This document shows positions 41,116-49,957 of a DNA stretch of 64,000 nt, piece after piece (position 1 is the first letter of the stretch; each line of letters begins with the position of its first letter). Position numbers and translations under genes: made by a program. Below the pieces are notes generated by a model, which saw only the letters and a program-made list of their open reading frames with translations, was not told the origin of the DNA and made no database searches. The stretch comes from an uncultured Heliobacteriaceae bacterium (GTDB taxonomy: Bacteria; Acidobacteriota; Blastocatellia; RBC074): contig CAZWAK010000015.1 of the NCBI GenBank assembly GCA_964631865.1, positions 89 to 64,088 of the forward strand, in the 5' to 3' direction.

Positions 41116-43077
41116 ATGTGTGGAATCTGCGGCATAGCCGTTCCAACCCAACTCAATCGGCGCGTGAATGAAGCGCGGCTGGTGGCGATGCGCGATGCGA
41201 TTACGCATCGCGGCCCCGATGACGCAGGCATCTGGTTGGATAGCACGGTTGGGCTGGGACATCGCCGCTTGTCCATCGTGGATTTGGGCACGGGACATCA
41301 ACCGATGACCAATGAAGACGGCACGGTCTGGCTCGCGTTCAATGGCGAGATTTACAACCATCAGGAATTGCGCCCAATGCTCCAGGCGCGCGGCCATCGC
41401 TATCACAGTTCCTCCGACAGCGAGACGATCATTCATCTCTACGAAGAGTTCGGCACGGCGGGCGTCGAGCAATTGCGCGGCATGTTTGCCTACGCGCTTT
41501 GGGATTCAACCAAGCGTCAACTTGTGATTTCACGCGACCGGCTCGGCATCAAGCCGCTGTATTACGCGCTGAACGATGACGGCACATTTTACTTTGCTTC
41601 GGAGATCAAAGCGTTGATTGAAGCGCGCGCCGTGACGCCGGAATTGAATCACAACGTGCTCGCCGATTACGCGGCGAATCGCTACACGTCGGGCGACGAA
41701 ACGCTCTTTCGCGGCGTGAAGCGATTGCTGCCCGGCCACACGCTGGTCTGGCGCGAGGGCAAAATCAAGATCGAACGCTACTGGGATTTGAGCTTCACGA
41801 AGCCAAGCGAACAGTTGAGCGAAAAGGAGTACGTCCGACGTTTTGGCGAATTGTTCCGCGAATGTGTCGAGTCGCATTTGATGGCCGATGTGCCGCTTGG
41901 CATGTTCCTTTCGGGCGGCATTGATTCGAGCGCGATTGCGGCGGTGATGAGTCAGATGGTGAAAGAGCCGATCAAAACGTTCTCAGTCGCGTTTGCCGAA
42001 CGCGATGCGAACGAATTGGAGTTTGCGCGGCAGGTCGCACAAGCCTACAAAACCGAGCATCACGAAATCGTCGTTACGCCTGAACAGTTCTTCGCGCATC
42101 TGCCGTCGCTGGTGTATCAGGAAGACGAACCCATCGCGCATCCATCGAGCGTGCCGCTCTATTTCGTCTCCGACCTCGCGCGCAAGCACGTCAAAGTCGT
42201 GCTGACGGGCGAAGGCTCGGACGAGTTGCTCGCAGGCTACAACAAATATCGCGTGGCAATTTACAACCTGCGTTTGGGCCGCACCTACGAGCGATTGACG
42301 CCTGCGTTCGTGCGCCGTGCGGTCAAGCATCGGATCAAAGGTTTGCCGGGCGCATCGCGTGCGCGGCGCATCTTGCAGCGAACGTTTCTGTGTCTTCCGG
42401 CGGAAATCAAAGATGTCTACTTCGACAACTTCGCTGTGTATTCGCCGACGATGCAGCGGCAGTTGTTCACGGCTGCGACCTACGAACAGATGCAGGAGCA
42501 CGACCCCTATCGCACGTCGCTCGCGTACATCGAGGAGTCCGATGCGGAATCGTTGCTTGATCAATTGCTCGCGGCGGATTTGAAAACGTACTTGCACGAA
42601 CTGCTGATGAAGCAGGATCAGATGAGCATGGCTGCGTCGCTCGAAAGCCGCGTGCCGTTCCTTGATCACAAGTTGGTCGAGTTCGCCACCCATTTGCCTG
42701 AAGCGATGAAGTTGCGCGGCTGGACGACGAAGTATGTGCTGCGCGAAGCGATGCGCGATCTGTTGCCGCCGGAGATTCTGACGCGCAAGAAGATGGGCTT
42801 CCCCGTGCCGATAGAAAGCTGGTTTCGCGGGCCGTATCGCAACATCGTGGAGGAATACGTCTTGAGCGAACGCGCGTTGGAGCGCGGCATTTTCAATGCG
42901 AATTACGTGCGCGAATTGGCCGCACGGCACAACGCAGGCGAGAACCACGCCGAGCGTTTGTGGATGCTCGTCAATTTTGAAATCTGGCAGCGCCGCTTCT
43001 TTGATGGCGAAGCGGCAAAGGTCGCCGCGGATTACCCCATCGCGTTGCACGCAAGTTTTAGTTCAATCGGAGTGTAG
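41116..43077 (+). CDS. asnB: Asparagine synthase (glutamine-hydrolysing) family amidotransferase (EPS-associated AsnB type)
   Basis: MCGICGI N-terminal nucleophile Cys2 (class II GATase). PP-loop SGGIDSS. 653 aa. Confidence 0.88.
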   Translation: MCGICGIAVPTQLNRRVNEARLVAMRDAITHRGPDDAGIWLDSTVGLGHRRLSIVDLGTGHQPMTNEDGTVWLAFNGEIYNHQELRPMLQARGHRYHSSSDSETIIHLYEEFGTAGVEQLRGMFAYALWDSTKRQLVISRDRLGIKPLYYALNDDGTFYFASEIKALIEARAVTPELNHNVLADYAANRYTSGDETLFRGVKRLLPGHTLVWREGKIKIERYWDLSFTKPSEQLSEKEYVRRFGELFRECVESHLMADVPLGMFLSGGIDSSAIAAVMSQMVKEPIKTFSVAFAERDANELEFARQVAQAYKTEHHEIVVTPEQFFAHLPSLVYQEDEPIAHPSSVPLYFVSDLARKHVKVVLTGEGSDELLAGYNKYRVAIYNLRLGRTYERLTPAFVRRAVKHRIKGLPGASRARRILQRTFLCLPAEIKDVYFDNFAVYSPTMQRQLFTAATYEQMQEHDPYRTSLAYIEESDAESLLDQLLAADLKTYLHELLMKQDQMSMAASLESRVPFLDHKLVEFATHLPEAMKLRGWTTKYVLREAMRDLLPPEILTRKKMGFPVPIESWFRGPYRNIVEEYVLSERALERGIFNANYVRELAARHNAGENHAERLWMLVNFEIWQRRFFDGEAAKVAADYPIALHASFSSIGV

Positions 43078-43086
43078 AAAACGACC

Positions 43087-44334
43087 ATGAAAATTTTGTG
43101 GGTCAAAACAGGCAAACTGGTTCCGGTGGATACGGGCGGCAAGATTCGCTCGTACAACATTCTGCGCAAATTGCAGGAACGCCACGATGTGACCTTTCTG
43201 TCGTACTACAACGGACGACGTGATGAAGCGTACGAGCGCGAAGTCAAAGAGCATATCTGGGGGACACACGTGATGTACACGGGCACGCCCGATGCCACGC
43301 CGCTCGAACGCAATTTGCTGTATCTGCGACGGCTGCCGATGAGCGCGCCGTTCGGGGTCACGAAGTTTGTGTCGCGCGACGTGCAGCAGTTGTTGGCGCA
43401 ATGGCTGAACGAAGATCGGTTTGATGTGGCCGTGTGTGATTTTCTCGGCTCGACGCTGAACTTTCCGCGCAAGCGCACGACGCCGGTCGCGCTGTTTCAG
43501 CACAACGTCGAATCCATTTTGTGGGGGCGTCACGCCGAACACGAAGCGCATCCGATCAAAAGCATCGCTTTCAAGATTGAAGCCGCGAAGATGCTGCGTT
43601 ACGAACGCGCTGCCGTAGGCCGCTTCGATCACGTGATTGCGGTGTCGGATTACGACCGCGAGCAGATGAAAACGATGACCGATGGCGCGCGCATCAGCGT
43701 TGTGCCGACGGGCGTGAACCTGGATCAATATGCTGCGGCTGCGGGTGCGAGCGCGACTGAGCCGATTGTGATGTTTCTCGGCTCGATGGACTGGGAAGCC
43801 AATATTGACGGCGTCTTGTACTTCTGCCGCGACATCTGGCCGCAGGTGAAACGCGCCGTGCCGAACGCGCGCTTCCGCATTGTGGGTCGCAGCCCCGATG
43901 CACGAATCAAACAACTCGCGTCGGATGACATTGAAGTGACAGGGCGTGTGGAATCGGTGATCGAACATCTGCGCGATGCCGCCATCTTCGTTGTGCCGTT
44001 GCGTATTGGCGGCGGGACGCGGCTCAAGATTTACGAGGCGATGGCGATGCGCAAAGCCGCTGTCTCGACGACGGTCGGCGCGGAAGGCTTAGACGTGAAT
44101 CATGGGCGCGACATTTTGCTCGCCGATGAGCCGCAAGCGTTTGCCGACAGCGTGATCGAATTGTTGCGCGATCCGGTCAAGCGGCAACAGATGGAGATGG
44201 CCGCTGGCGAACAGGCCGCGCGCTACGATTGGTCAGTCGTGACAGATCGTTTTGAAGAATCATTGGCGCAAACGATTCGGGATGCGCGCGTCACCAGACT
44301 GAGCACAGCGCGAACGGTGACGGTCAATCCTTGA
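43087..44334 (+). CDS. Family-4 glycosyltransferase (PEP-CTERM/Eps-locus 'stp' sugar-transferase-like)
   Basis: MKILWVKTGKLVPVDTGGKIRSYN.. and C-terminal ..RIGGGTRLKIYEAMAMRKAAVSTTVGAEG. Confidence 0.82.
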   Translation: MKILWVKTGKLVPVDTGGKIRSYNILRKLQERHDVTFLSYYNGRRDEAYEREVKEHIWGTHVMYTGTPDATPLERNLLYLRRLPMSAPFGVTKFVSRDVQQLLAQWLNEDRFDVAVCDFLGSTLNFPRKRTTPVALFQHNVESILWGRHAEHEAHPIKSIAFKIEAAKMLRYERAAVGRFDHVIAVSDYDREQMKTMTDGARISVVPTGVNLDQYAAAAGASATEPIVMFLGSMDWEANIDGVLYFCRDIWPQVKRAVPNARFRIVGRSPDARIKQLASDDIEVTGRVESVIEHLRDAAIFVVPLRIGGGTRLKIYEAMAMRKAAVSTTVGAEGLDVNHGRDILLADEPQAFADSVIELLRDPVKRQQMEMAAGEQAARYDWSVVTDRFEESLAQTIRDARVTRLSTARTVTVNP

Positions 44335-44341
44335 GTGATGA

Positions 44342-45187
44342 TTGATGATGAAAACAGGCACTGAAAAAAGACGGGCGATTTCCTTGATGTACCACGACGT
44401 GGTCGAACAGGCGGCGCATCAGACGAGCGGCTTCGGCAGCGCCGACGCGGCACTCTACAAATTGGAGCCGGAGGATTTCGCGCGCCATCTCGCTGCGATC
44501 AAAGCCGTCGTTGCAGGTCGTCCCCAATTGGTAACGGAGTTGTTGGCGGGAACTGTTGCGCCGTCGAACCCCTGGATGCTGACGTTCGATGATGGTGGTG
44601 CGAGTTTTTATCCCTTCATCGCGGATCGCCTGGAAGCGTTGGGCTGGCGCGCGCATTTCTTCATCACGACCGATTACATCGGCACGCCCGCGTTTCTGAC
44701 GCGCGCGCAGATTCGTGCCTTGCATCAGCGCGGCCACATCATCGGCTCGCACTCGTGCTCGCATCCGCTGCGGTTTGCGGCGCGGCCCTGGCACGAACTG
44801 AAACACGAATGGAGCGAGAGTGTGAAGGTGCTTGCCGATTTGCTGGGCGAGCCGGTGCAAACCGCTTCGATTCCCGGCGGGCAATATTCGCGGGCAGTCG
44901 CCGACGCTGCTGCTGCTACTGGCCTCAAGGCGCTCTTTACTTCCGAGCCGACCAGCGGTTGCGCCGAAGTCAATGGCTGTCTGGTCTTGGGGCGCTACGC
45001 GATTCAACGTTGGACTTCACCCGCTGTCGCCGCCGCCATGGCTTCCGGTCACTTCGCACCACGCTTCAAACAGTGGTTGTGGTGGGAAACCAAGAAGAGC
45101 TTCAAGGCACTGGGCGGCGACTACTATTTGAAATTACGTGCGTCCTGGACAGACGGACTGAATCGAACTTCTCAAGAGAAGGTATAG
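44342..45187 (+). CDS. Polysaccharide deacetylase (CE4)
   Basis: MLTFDDGGASFYPFIADRLE.. and HIIGSHSCSHP motifs. Confidence 0.78.
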   Translation: MMMKTGTEKRRAISLMYHDVVEQAAHQTSGFGSADAALYKLEPEDFARHLAAIKAVVAGRPQLVTELLAGTVAPSNPWMLTFDDGGASFYPFIADRLEALGWRAHFFITTDYIGTPAFLTRAQIRALHQRGHIIGSHSCSHPLRFAARPWHELKHEWSESVKVLADLLGEPVQTASIPGGQYSRAVADAAAATGLKALFTSEPTSGCAEVNGCLVLGRYAIQRWTSPAVAAAMASGHFAPRFKQWLWWETKKSFKALGGDYYLKLRASWTDGLNRTSQEKV

Positions 45188-45330
45188 AAAAAACAATAGA
45201 AAAAATATTGAGGAGGAAGCTCACGCTCAAACAACCAATCAGCGATTCGCAGTATCGAGTTTTAAGACTCATCGCAAAACCCTCACAGCGCGTTGAGCCA
45301 AAGATCAAGGTTTTCAATCTGGAGGGGCAA

Positions 45331-47742
45331 ATGAAAGCTTGTATGACTTATATGAAGAGGCATTTGGTAATTTTTGTGGCCGTGCTGACCGCAGCATTGA
45401 TGGGGGTGAATTGTGGGGCGCTGGGCAAAGGAGCTGGCAGCACGCTAACGGAAGCGGAGGTCGAAGCCATTGCGAAACGCATGGCTCCCAACCTCGCGGC
45501 TGCCGGGAATGACCCCGAACTCCCGCGCGTTTTTCTCAACACCGATTATGTTCCCCCAACCGGCAGAACGATTGCGGTCGGGGCCGGCGGCGATTTTCAG
45601 TCCGCCATCAATCAAGCCCAACCGGGCGACATTATTACTTTGCAAGCCGGTACCAGCTATACCGGCAATTTCACCCTGCCTGCCAAAACCGGGAATGGTT
45701 GGATCGTGATTCGCACCTCTGCGCCGGACAGCAGTCTGCCCGCACCGGGCATACGGATGACTCCGGCCTATAGCAGCTTGTTGCCGAAGCTGATTACCCC
45801 GAACAGCAGTCCCGCGCTGGAAGCTCTCGATGGCGCGCATCACTATCGCATTATCGGAGTGGAATTCGCCCAGGCGACGGGCGTTGAGCTGACCTTCAAT
45901 CTGGTGGCCTTTGGGGACGTCCAAAACTCCCTCGACCGCATGCCGCACAATTTGATTCTGGATCGGGTGTACATTCACGGCAATCCCACGACCAAGCTGC
46001 GTCGTGGCGTGCGGCTCAACAGCGCCACCAGCGCCGTTATTGATTCGTACATTTCGGATTGCAAGGACATTGGCTTTGATTCGCAAGCCATTGGTTCCTG
46101 GAACGGCCCCGGCCCTTTCAAGGTCGTCAACAACTATCTGGAAGGCGCGGGCGAAAACATCATCTTCGGCGGCGGCGATCCGCAGATCGCGAACCTCGTG
46201 CCGTCGGACATCGAATTTCGGCGCAACCATTGCTTCAAACCGCTCACGTGGCGTCAGGAAGACCCCAGTTATGCGGGTCGTCCCTGGAGCGTGAAGAACA
46301 TTCTGGAACTCAAAAACGCGCAACGGGTGTTGATTGACGGCAACATTTTTGAGAACAACTGGACGAATGCGCAGAACGGCTACGCGATTCTCTTTACCGT
46401 GCGGAATCAAGACGGAAGTGCGCCCTGGTCGGTGGTGCAGGACGTGACCTTCACCAACAACATTGTGCGCAGTTCCGGGGGCGGCTTCAATATGCACGGA
46501 ACGGATAACCTGCAACGAAGCGTGTTCACGCGGCGCATCCGCATTGCCAACAATCTGCTCGTGGACATCAGCCGCCAGCGGTGGGCCGGCAACGGAACAG
46601 GCTTTCAGCTTTATGGTGGCCCCCACGAAGTGACGATTGACCACAACACCGTTCTGCACGACTACACGATCATCGCAACGGCAGATGTGCCGAGTGAAAA
46701 CTTTGTCTTTCGGAACAACTTATTCCCCCACAACGAGTATGGCGTCGTGGGCGATAATCGCGGCACCGGAAACTCAACGATCAATTACTATTTCCCCTCG
46801 GCCATCTTCGTCAAGAATGTGCTGGCCGGCGGGACAAGCGCGCTCTACCCGCCGGATAACTTCTTTCCGACCACCTTGGATGACGTGCGCTTTGTGGATC
46901 GCAACGGCGGCAATTACCGCCTGGCCGCGAACAGCCCATATAAAAACGCGGGAACAGATGGCAAAGACCTGGGCTGCGACTTCGATGCGTTAGAAGCCGC
47001 GCTGGTCCGCAATATCACCACCGCCTACAGCGTCTCGGCGGCCAGCTACAGCGCCAACGCCCCGCTCGCGGCGGAATCTATTGTTTCCGCTTTCGGGACG
47101 GGCCTGGCAACCGGTACACAGGCGGCCATGACCACCCCGCTTCCGACGACGCTGGCGGGCACGACGGTCAAGGTTCGAGACAGTGCCGGAACCGAACGTC
47201 TGGCCGCGCTGTTTTATGTTTCTCCCACGCAAGTGAACTATCAAATCCCGGCGGGAACCGCCGCCGGAACAGCGATTGTCACCATGACGAGTGGGAACTC
47301 TATCGTCGCTACGGGCGCGCTGCAGATCACCTCTGTGTCTCCTGGTCTCTTCACGTTTGAAGCGACCGGACGTGGGGTAGCGGCAGGTGAATCCGCCCGC
47401 TTCAGGGGTGGTGTAAAACAAGCCGAAGCGCGGCTGGCCCGCTTTGATGCGACCCAGAACAGATGGATTCCGATTCCCGTGGACCTGTCCTTCACTTCCG
47501 ATCAGGTCTTTCTGATCCTCTATGGCACAGGCATCCGCGCGCGCAATCCAAATGGAACCGTCACGGCTCAGGTTGGCGGCGTCGCTTGCCAGGTGACTTA
47601 TGCCGGAATCCAGTCCACCAATGTGGGATTGGATCAAGTGAATATTCTTTTGGCCAATAGTTTGGCGGGGCGTGGTGTGGTGGATGTGGTCTTCACGATT
47701 GACGGCGTGACGGCCAATACAGTTCAGGTCACGATTCAATGA
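45331..47742 (+). CDS. Secreted right-handed parallel beta-helix (pectate-lyase-fold) protein with Solibacter-type C-terminal domain; candidate polysaccharide lyase/depolymerase
   Basis: Signal peptide MKRHLVIFVAVLTAALMG. Central region is rich in beta-helix-like repeats (NNIV.., NNLL..). C-terminal ~215 aa (..SAASYSANAPLAAESIVSAFGTGL ... LFYVSPTQVNYQIPAG ... VSPGLFTF..) match the paralogous C-terminal domain abundant in Solibacter usitatus. The track ORF start at 44755 is an over-extension; GGAGGGG RBS before ATG 45331. Confidence 0.72.
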   Translation: MKACMTYMKRHLVIFVAVLTAALMGVNCGALGKGAGSTLTEAEVEAIAKRMAPNLAAAGNDPELPRVFLNTDYVPPTGRTIAVGAGGDFQSAINQAQPGDIITLQAGTSYTGNFTLPAKTGNGWIVIRTSAPDSSLPAPGIRMTPAYSSLLPKLITPNSSPALEALDGAHHYRIIGVEFAQATGVELTFNLVAFGDVQNSLDRMPHNLILDRVYIHGNPTTKLRRGVRLNSATSAVIDSYISDCKDIGFDSQAIGSWNGPGPFKVVNNYLEGAGENIIFGGGDPQIANLVPSDIEFRRNHCFKPLTWRQEDPSYAGRPWSVKNILELKNAQRVLIDGNIFENNWTNAQNGYAILFTVRNQDGSAPWSVVQDVTFTNNIVRSSGGGFNMHGTDNLQRSVFTRRIRIANNLLVDISRQRWAGNGTGFQLYGGPHEVTIDHNTVLHDYTIIATADVPSENFVFRNNLFPHNEYGVVGDNRGTGNSTINYYFPSAIFVKNVLAGGTSALYPPDNFFPTTLDDVRFVDRNGGNYRLAANSPYKNAGTDGKDLGCDFDALEAALVRNITTAYSVSAASYSANAPLAAESIVSAFGTGLATGTQAAMTTPLPTTLAGTTVKVRDSAGTERLAALFYVSPTQVNYQIPAGTAAGTAIVTMTSGNSIVATGALQITSVSPGLFTFEATGRGVAAGESARFRGGVKQAEARLARFDATQNRWIPIPVDLSFTSDQVFLILYGTGIRARNPNGTVTAQVGGVACQVTYAGIQSTNVGLDQVNILLANSLAGRGVVDVVFTIDGVTANTVQVTIQ

Positions 47743-48059
47743 TCGTGACCTAAACAGGAAAGAAGGAGGTTCAACCGTCAAAGAGACAAGGTTTGCATAA
47801 GCTCGCGATGCGATGGACTGGCAGGGGAAACTCAATAGGTGAACCGCCCAGTGTCAGCAGTTTCCCCGCCAGTCCGCAGACGTGAAACGGATGGGACGTC
47901 TGTGCCCCACTTTCTCCTCTCGCACTTTACTTTGTCGTCGGCGAACCCCGACGCGCCCCAACGCGCTACGGCAAAGGGAGTGAAAGACGGGAATGCTGAA
48001 ACGGACGAGCGGCAGAAAGTGGAGCGCGTTTCTGCCCTAAGACAAGAAAGAACCTCACA

Positions 48060-48749
48060 ATGGCGACAGATTATTACCGCGTTAGCAATGTCGTCCGAAG
48101 CAATATAGATAGCTTCGGCCTCGTAAAAACTATTTATGATCTATTTTACAAAATAGCCAATCGTATTTGGCTGTTTCGAGTCTTGAAATGCATGGTAATT
48201 AGCAAAGTTGACCCAAACTATCTGAAAAGTGCCGGTCAATATCAATATCTCTTTCTTGATACAGAGATGCTTTATAAGTTCGCGCAACGCCCAGAGTACG
48301 ATCTTTCGGAAGCATTTTTGCGCCACGCCGAAGAGCGCGGCGACGAATGTTACGCCATTCTGGATGGAGATACGTTAGCGAGCTATGGCTGGTATTCCAA
48401 TCGCCCTGTCAACGTAGGTTTTGAAGGTGACGAGGGAGAAGGAGAGACTCTGCGCCTGCATTTCAATGACCGATACATCTATATGTATAAGGGCTATACG
48501 CACACCGCCTATCGCGGACAGCGCCTGCATGCTATCGGGATGACGCACGCCCTGGAAGCGTATTTGAAGCGCGGCTTCAAAGGGTTGGTTTCTTATGTCG
48601 AGGCCAACAATTACCGCTCCTTGAAGTCTGTCTACCGGATGGGCTATCAGGACTTCGGCAAAATTTCTATCTTCAGAATTTTGGGTAAGTATCTGATCTA
48701 CAACAGCAAGGGCTGCAAAGAGTATGGATTTAAAATGGAAGTACTTTGA
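48060..48749 (+). CDS. GNAT-family acyltransferase in a visibly AT-richer segment
   Basis: YRGQRLHAIGMTHAL resembles the GNAT motif A (Q/R-x-x-G-x-G/A). Local GC is clearly lower than the flanks. Confidence 0.55.
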   Translation: MATDYYRVSNVVRSNIDSFGLVKTIYDLFYKIANRIWLFRVLKCMVISKVDPNYLKSAGQYQYLFLDTEMLYKFAQRPEYDLSEAFLRHAEERGDECYAILDGDTLASYGWYSNRPVNVGFEGDEGEGETLRLHFNDRYIYMYKGYTHTAYRGQRLHAIGMTHALEAYLKRGFKGLVSYVEANNYRSLKSVYRMGYQDFGKISIFRILGKYLIYNSKGCKEYGFKMEVL

Positions 48750-48898
48750 CTAAATACAGTGTAAGTGAAACTCCCCGATGATTTTCTGCCCCATATCTTT
48801 CTGGAAAAAGATAAATTACAGGGCGATATGAAGTAGAAGATTAACTCTGCAAAATACGTTAGAAGTTAGCTTATACTAGACGAAATGAGGTAATCACT

Positions 48899-49957
48899 AT
48901 GTATTCGAACACCACACCAGAAGGTAATGGAGGTCAACCCACCCAGACTTCTATTGAAATCTTTGCCACTTGTCCGCAATCGAGTCAGGTGCCGAAAGAA
49001 ACTTATCTCAATCACGTGATCGAGGTCGCCCAATGGAGCGAGAAATATGGCTGCAAAGGCATTCTGGTTTACACCGACAACTCGTTGGTAGACCCCTGGC
49101 TGGTTTCGCAGGTTATCATCGAAAACACCCAGACCCTGTGCCCACTGGTTGCTGTCCAACCCATTTACATGCATCCCTACACCGCTGCCCGGATGTGCGC
49201 TACTTACGGGTATCTCTACAATCGCCAGATTTATCTGAATATGCTGGCGGGGGGATTCAAAAATGACTTGTTGGCCTTGAATGACCCGACACCGCATGAC
49301 CAACGCTATGAGCGGATGGTGGAATATGTGGAAGTCATCAAGCGGCTGCTGGCCAACGACTTTGGCGTGAGTTACAGCGGCGAATTCTATACTGTTGATA
49401 AATTGCGCATGCGACCACCGCTGCCGCCGGAACTCTTCCCCGGTATTCTGGTTTCAGGTTCTTCTGAGGCTGGATTGGCGGCGGCCAAAGCCATTGGCGC
49501 GACGGCGGTCAAGTATCCGAAACCGCCGGGCGATTACGAAAATGATCCGCCGAACGAAAACCTCAACGCTGGCGTGCGGGTCGGGATCATCGCGCGGGAC
49601 AATGCGGATGAAGCCTGGCGCGTCGCGCACGAACGCTTCCCCGAAGACCGCAAAGGCGAACTGGCCCATCAAATGGCCATGAAAGTTTCCGATTCGGTCT
49701 GGCACAAACAACTCTCGGACTTAGGCAAGACGACGGAAAACAATCCGTACTGGTTGACGCCTTTTCAGCATTACAAAACCTTCTGCCCATATCTGGTCGG
49801 CAACTACGCGACGGTTGCGGCAGAAGTCGCCCGCTACATTGCGCTGGGCTTTCAAACCTTCATCGTAGACATTCCGCCGAGCGAAGAAGAGTTGTACCAC
49901 ATGGACATTGTGTTCCAACAAGCTGCCGCGCGCCTGACGCTGAAGGAGGCTGCGTGA
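48899..49957 (+). CDS. LLM-class (luciferase-like) flavin-dependent oxidoreductase, secondary-metabolite-associated subtype
   Basis: TIM-barrel LLM blocks (IEIFATCPQS.., GVRVGIIARDNADEAW). Stop overlaps the start of the adenylation gene (ATGA), i.e. translational coupling. GAGGT RBS. Confidence 0.75.
   Translation: MYSNTTPEGNGGQPTQTSIEIFATCPQSSQVPKETYLNHVIEVAQWSEKYGCKGILVYTDNSLVDPWLVSQVIIENTQTLCPLVAVQPIYMHPYTAARMCATYGYLYNRQIYLNMLAGGFKNDLLALNDPTPHDQRYERMVEYVEVIKRLLANDFGVSYSGEFYTVDKLRMRPPLPPELFPGILVSGSSEAGLAAAKAIGATAVKYPKPPGDYENDPPNENLNAGVRVGIIARDNADEAWRVAHERFPEDRKGELAHQMAMKVSDSVWHKQLSDLGKTTENNPYWLTPFQHYKTFCPYLVGNYATVAAEVARYIALGFQTFIVDIPPSEEELYHMDIVFQQAAARLTLKEAA

Noticed and set aside
44755-45330. 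Upstream extension of the 995-aa ORF overlapping the polysaccharide deacetylase gene
   Set aside because: The extension overlaps a confidently identified CE4 gene in another frame. A signal peptide and GGAGGGG RBS define the real start at 45331.
47839-48108. 89-aa ORF in the AT-rich gap before the GNAT gene
   Set aside because: No RBS, and its 3' end overlaps the start of the GNAT gene at 48060 in another frame. Likely chance ORF.
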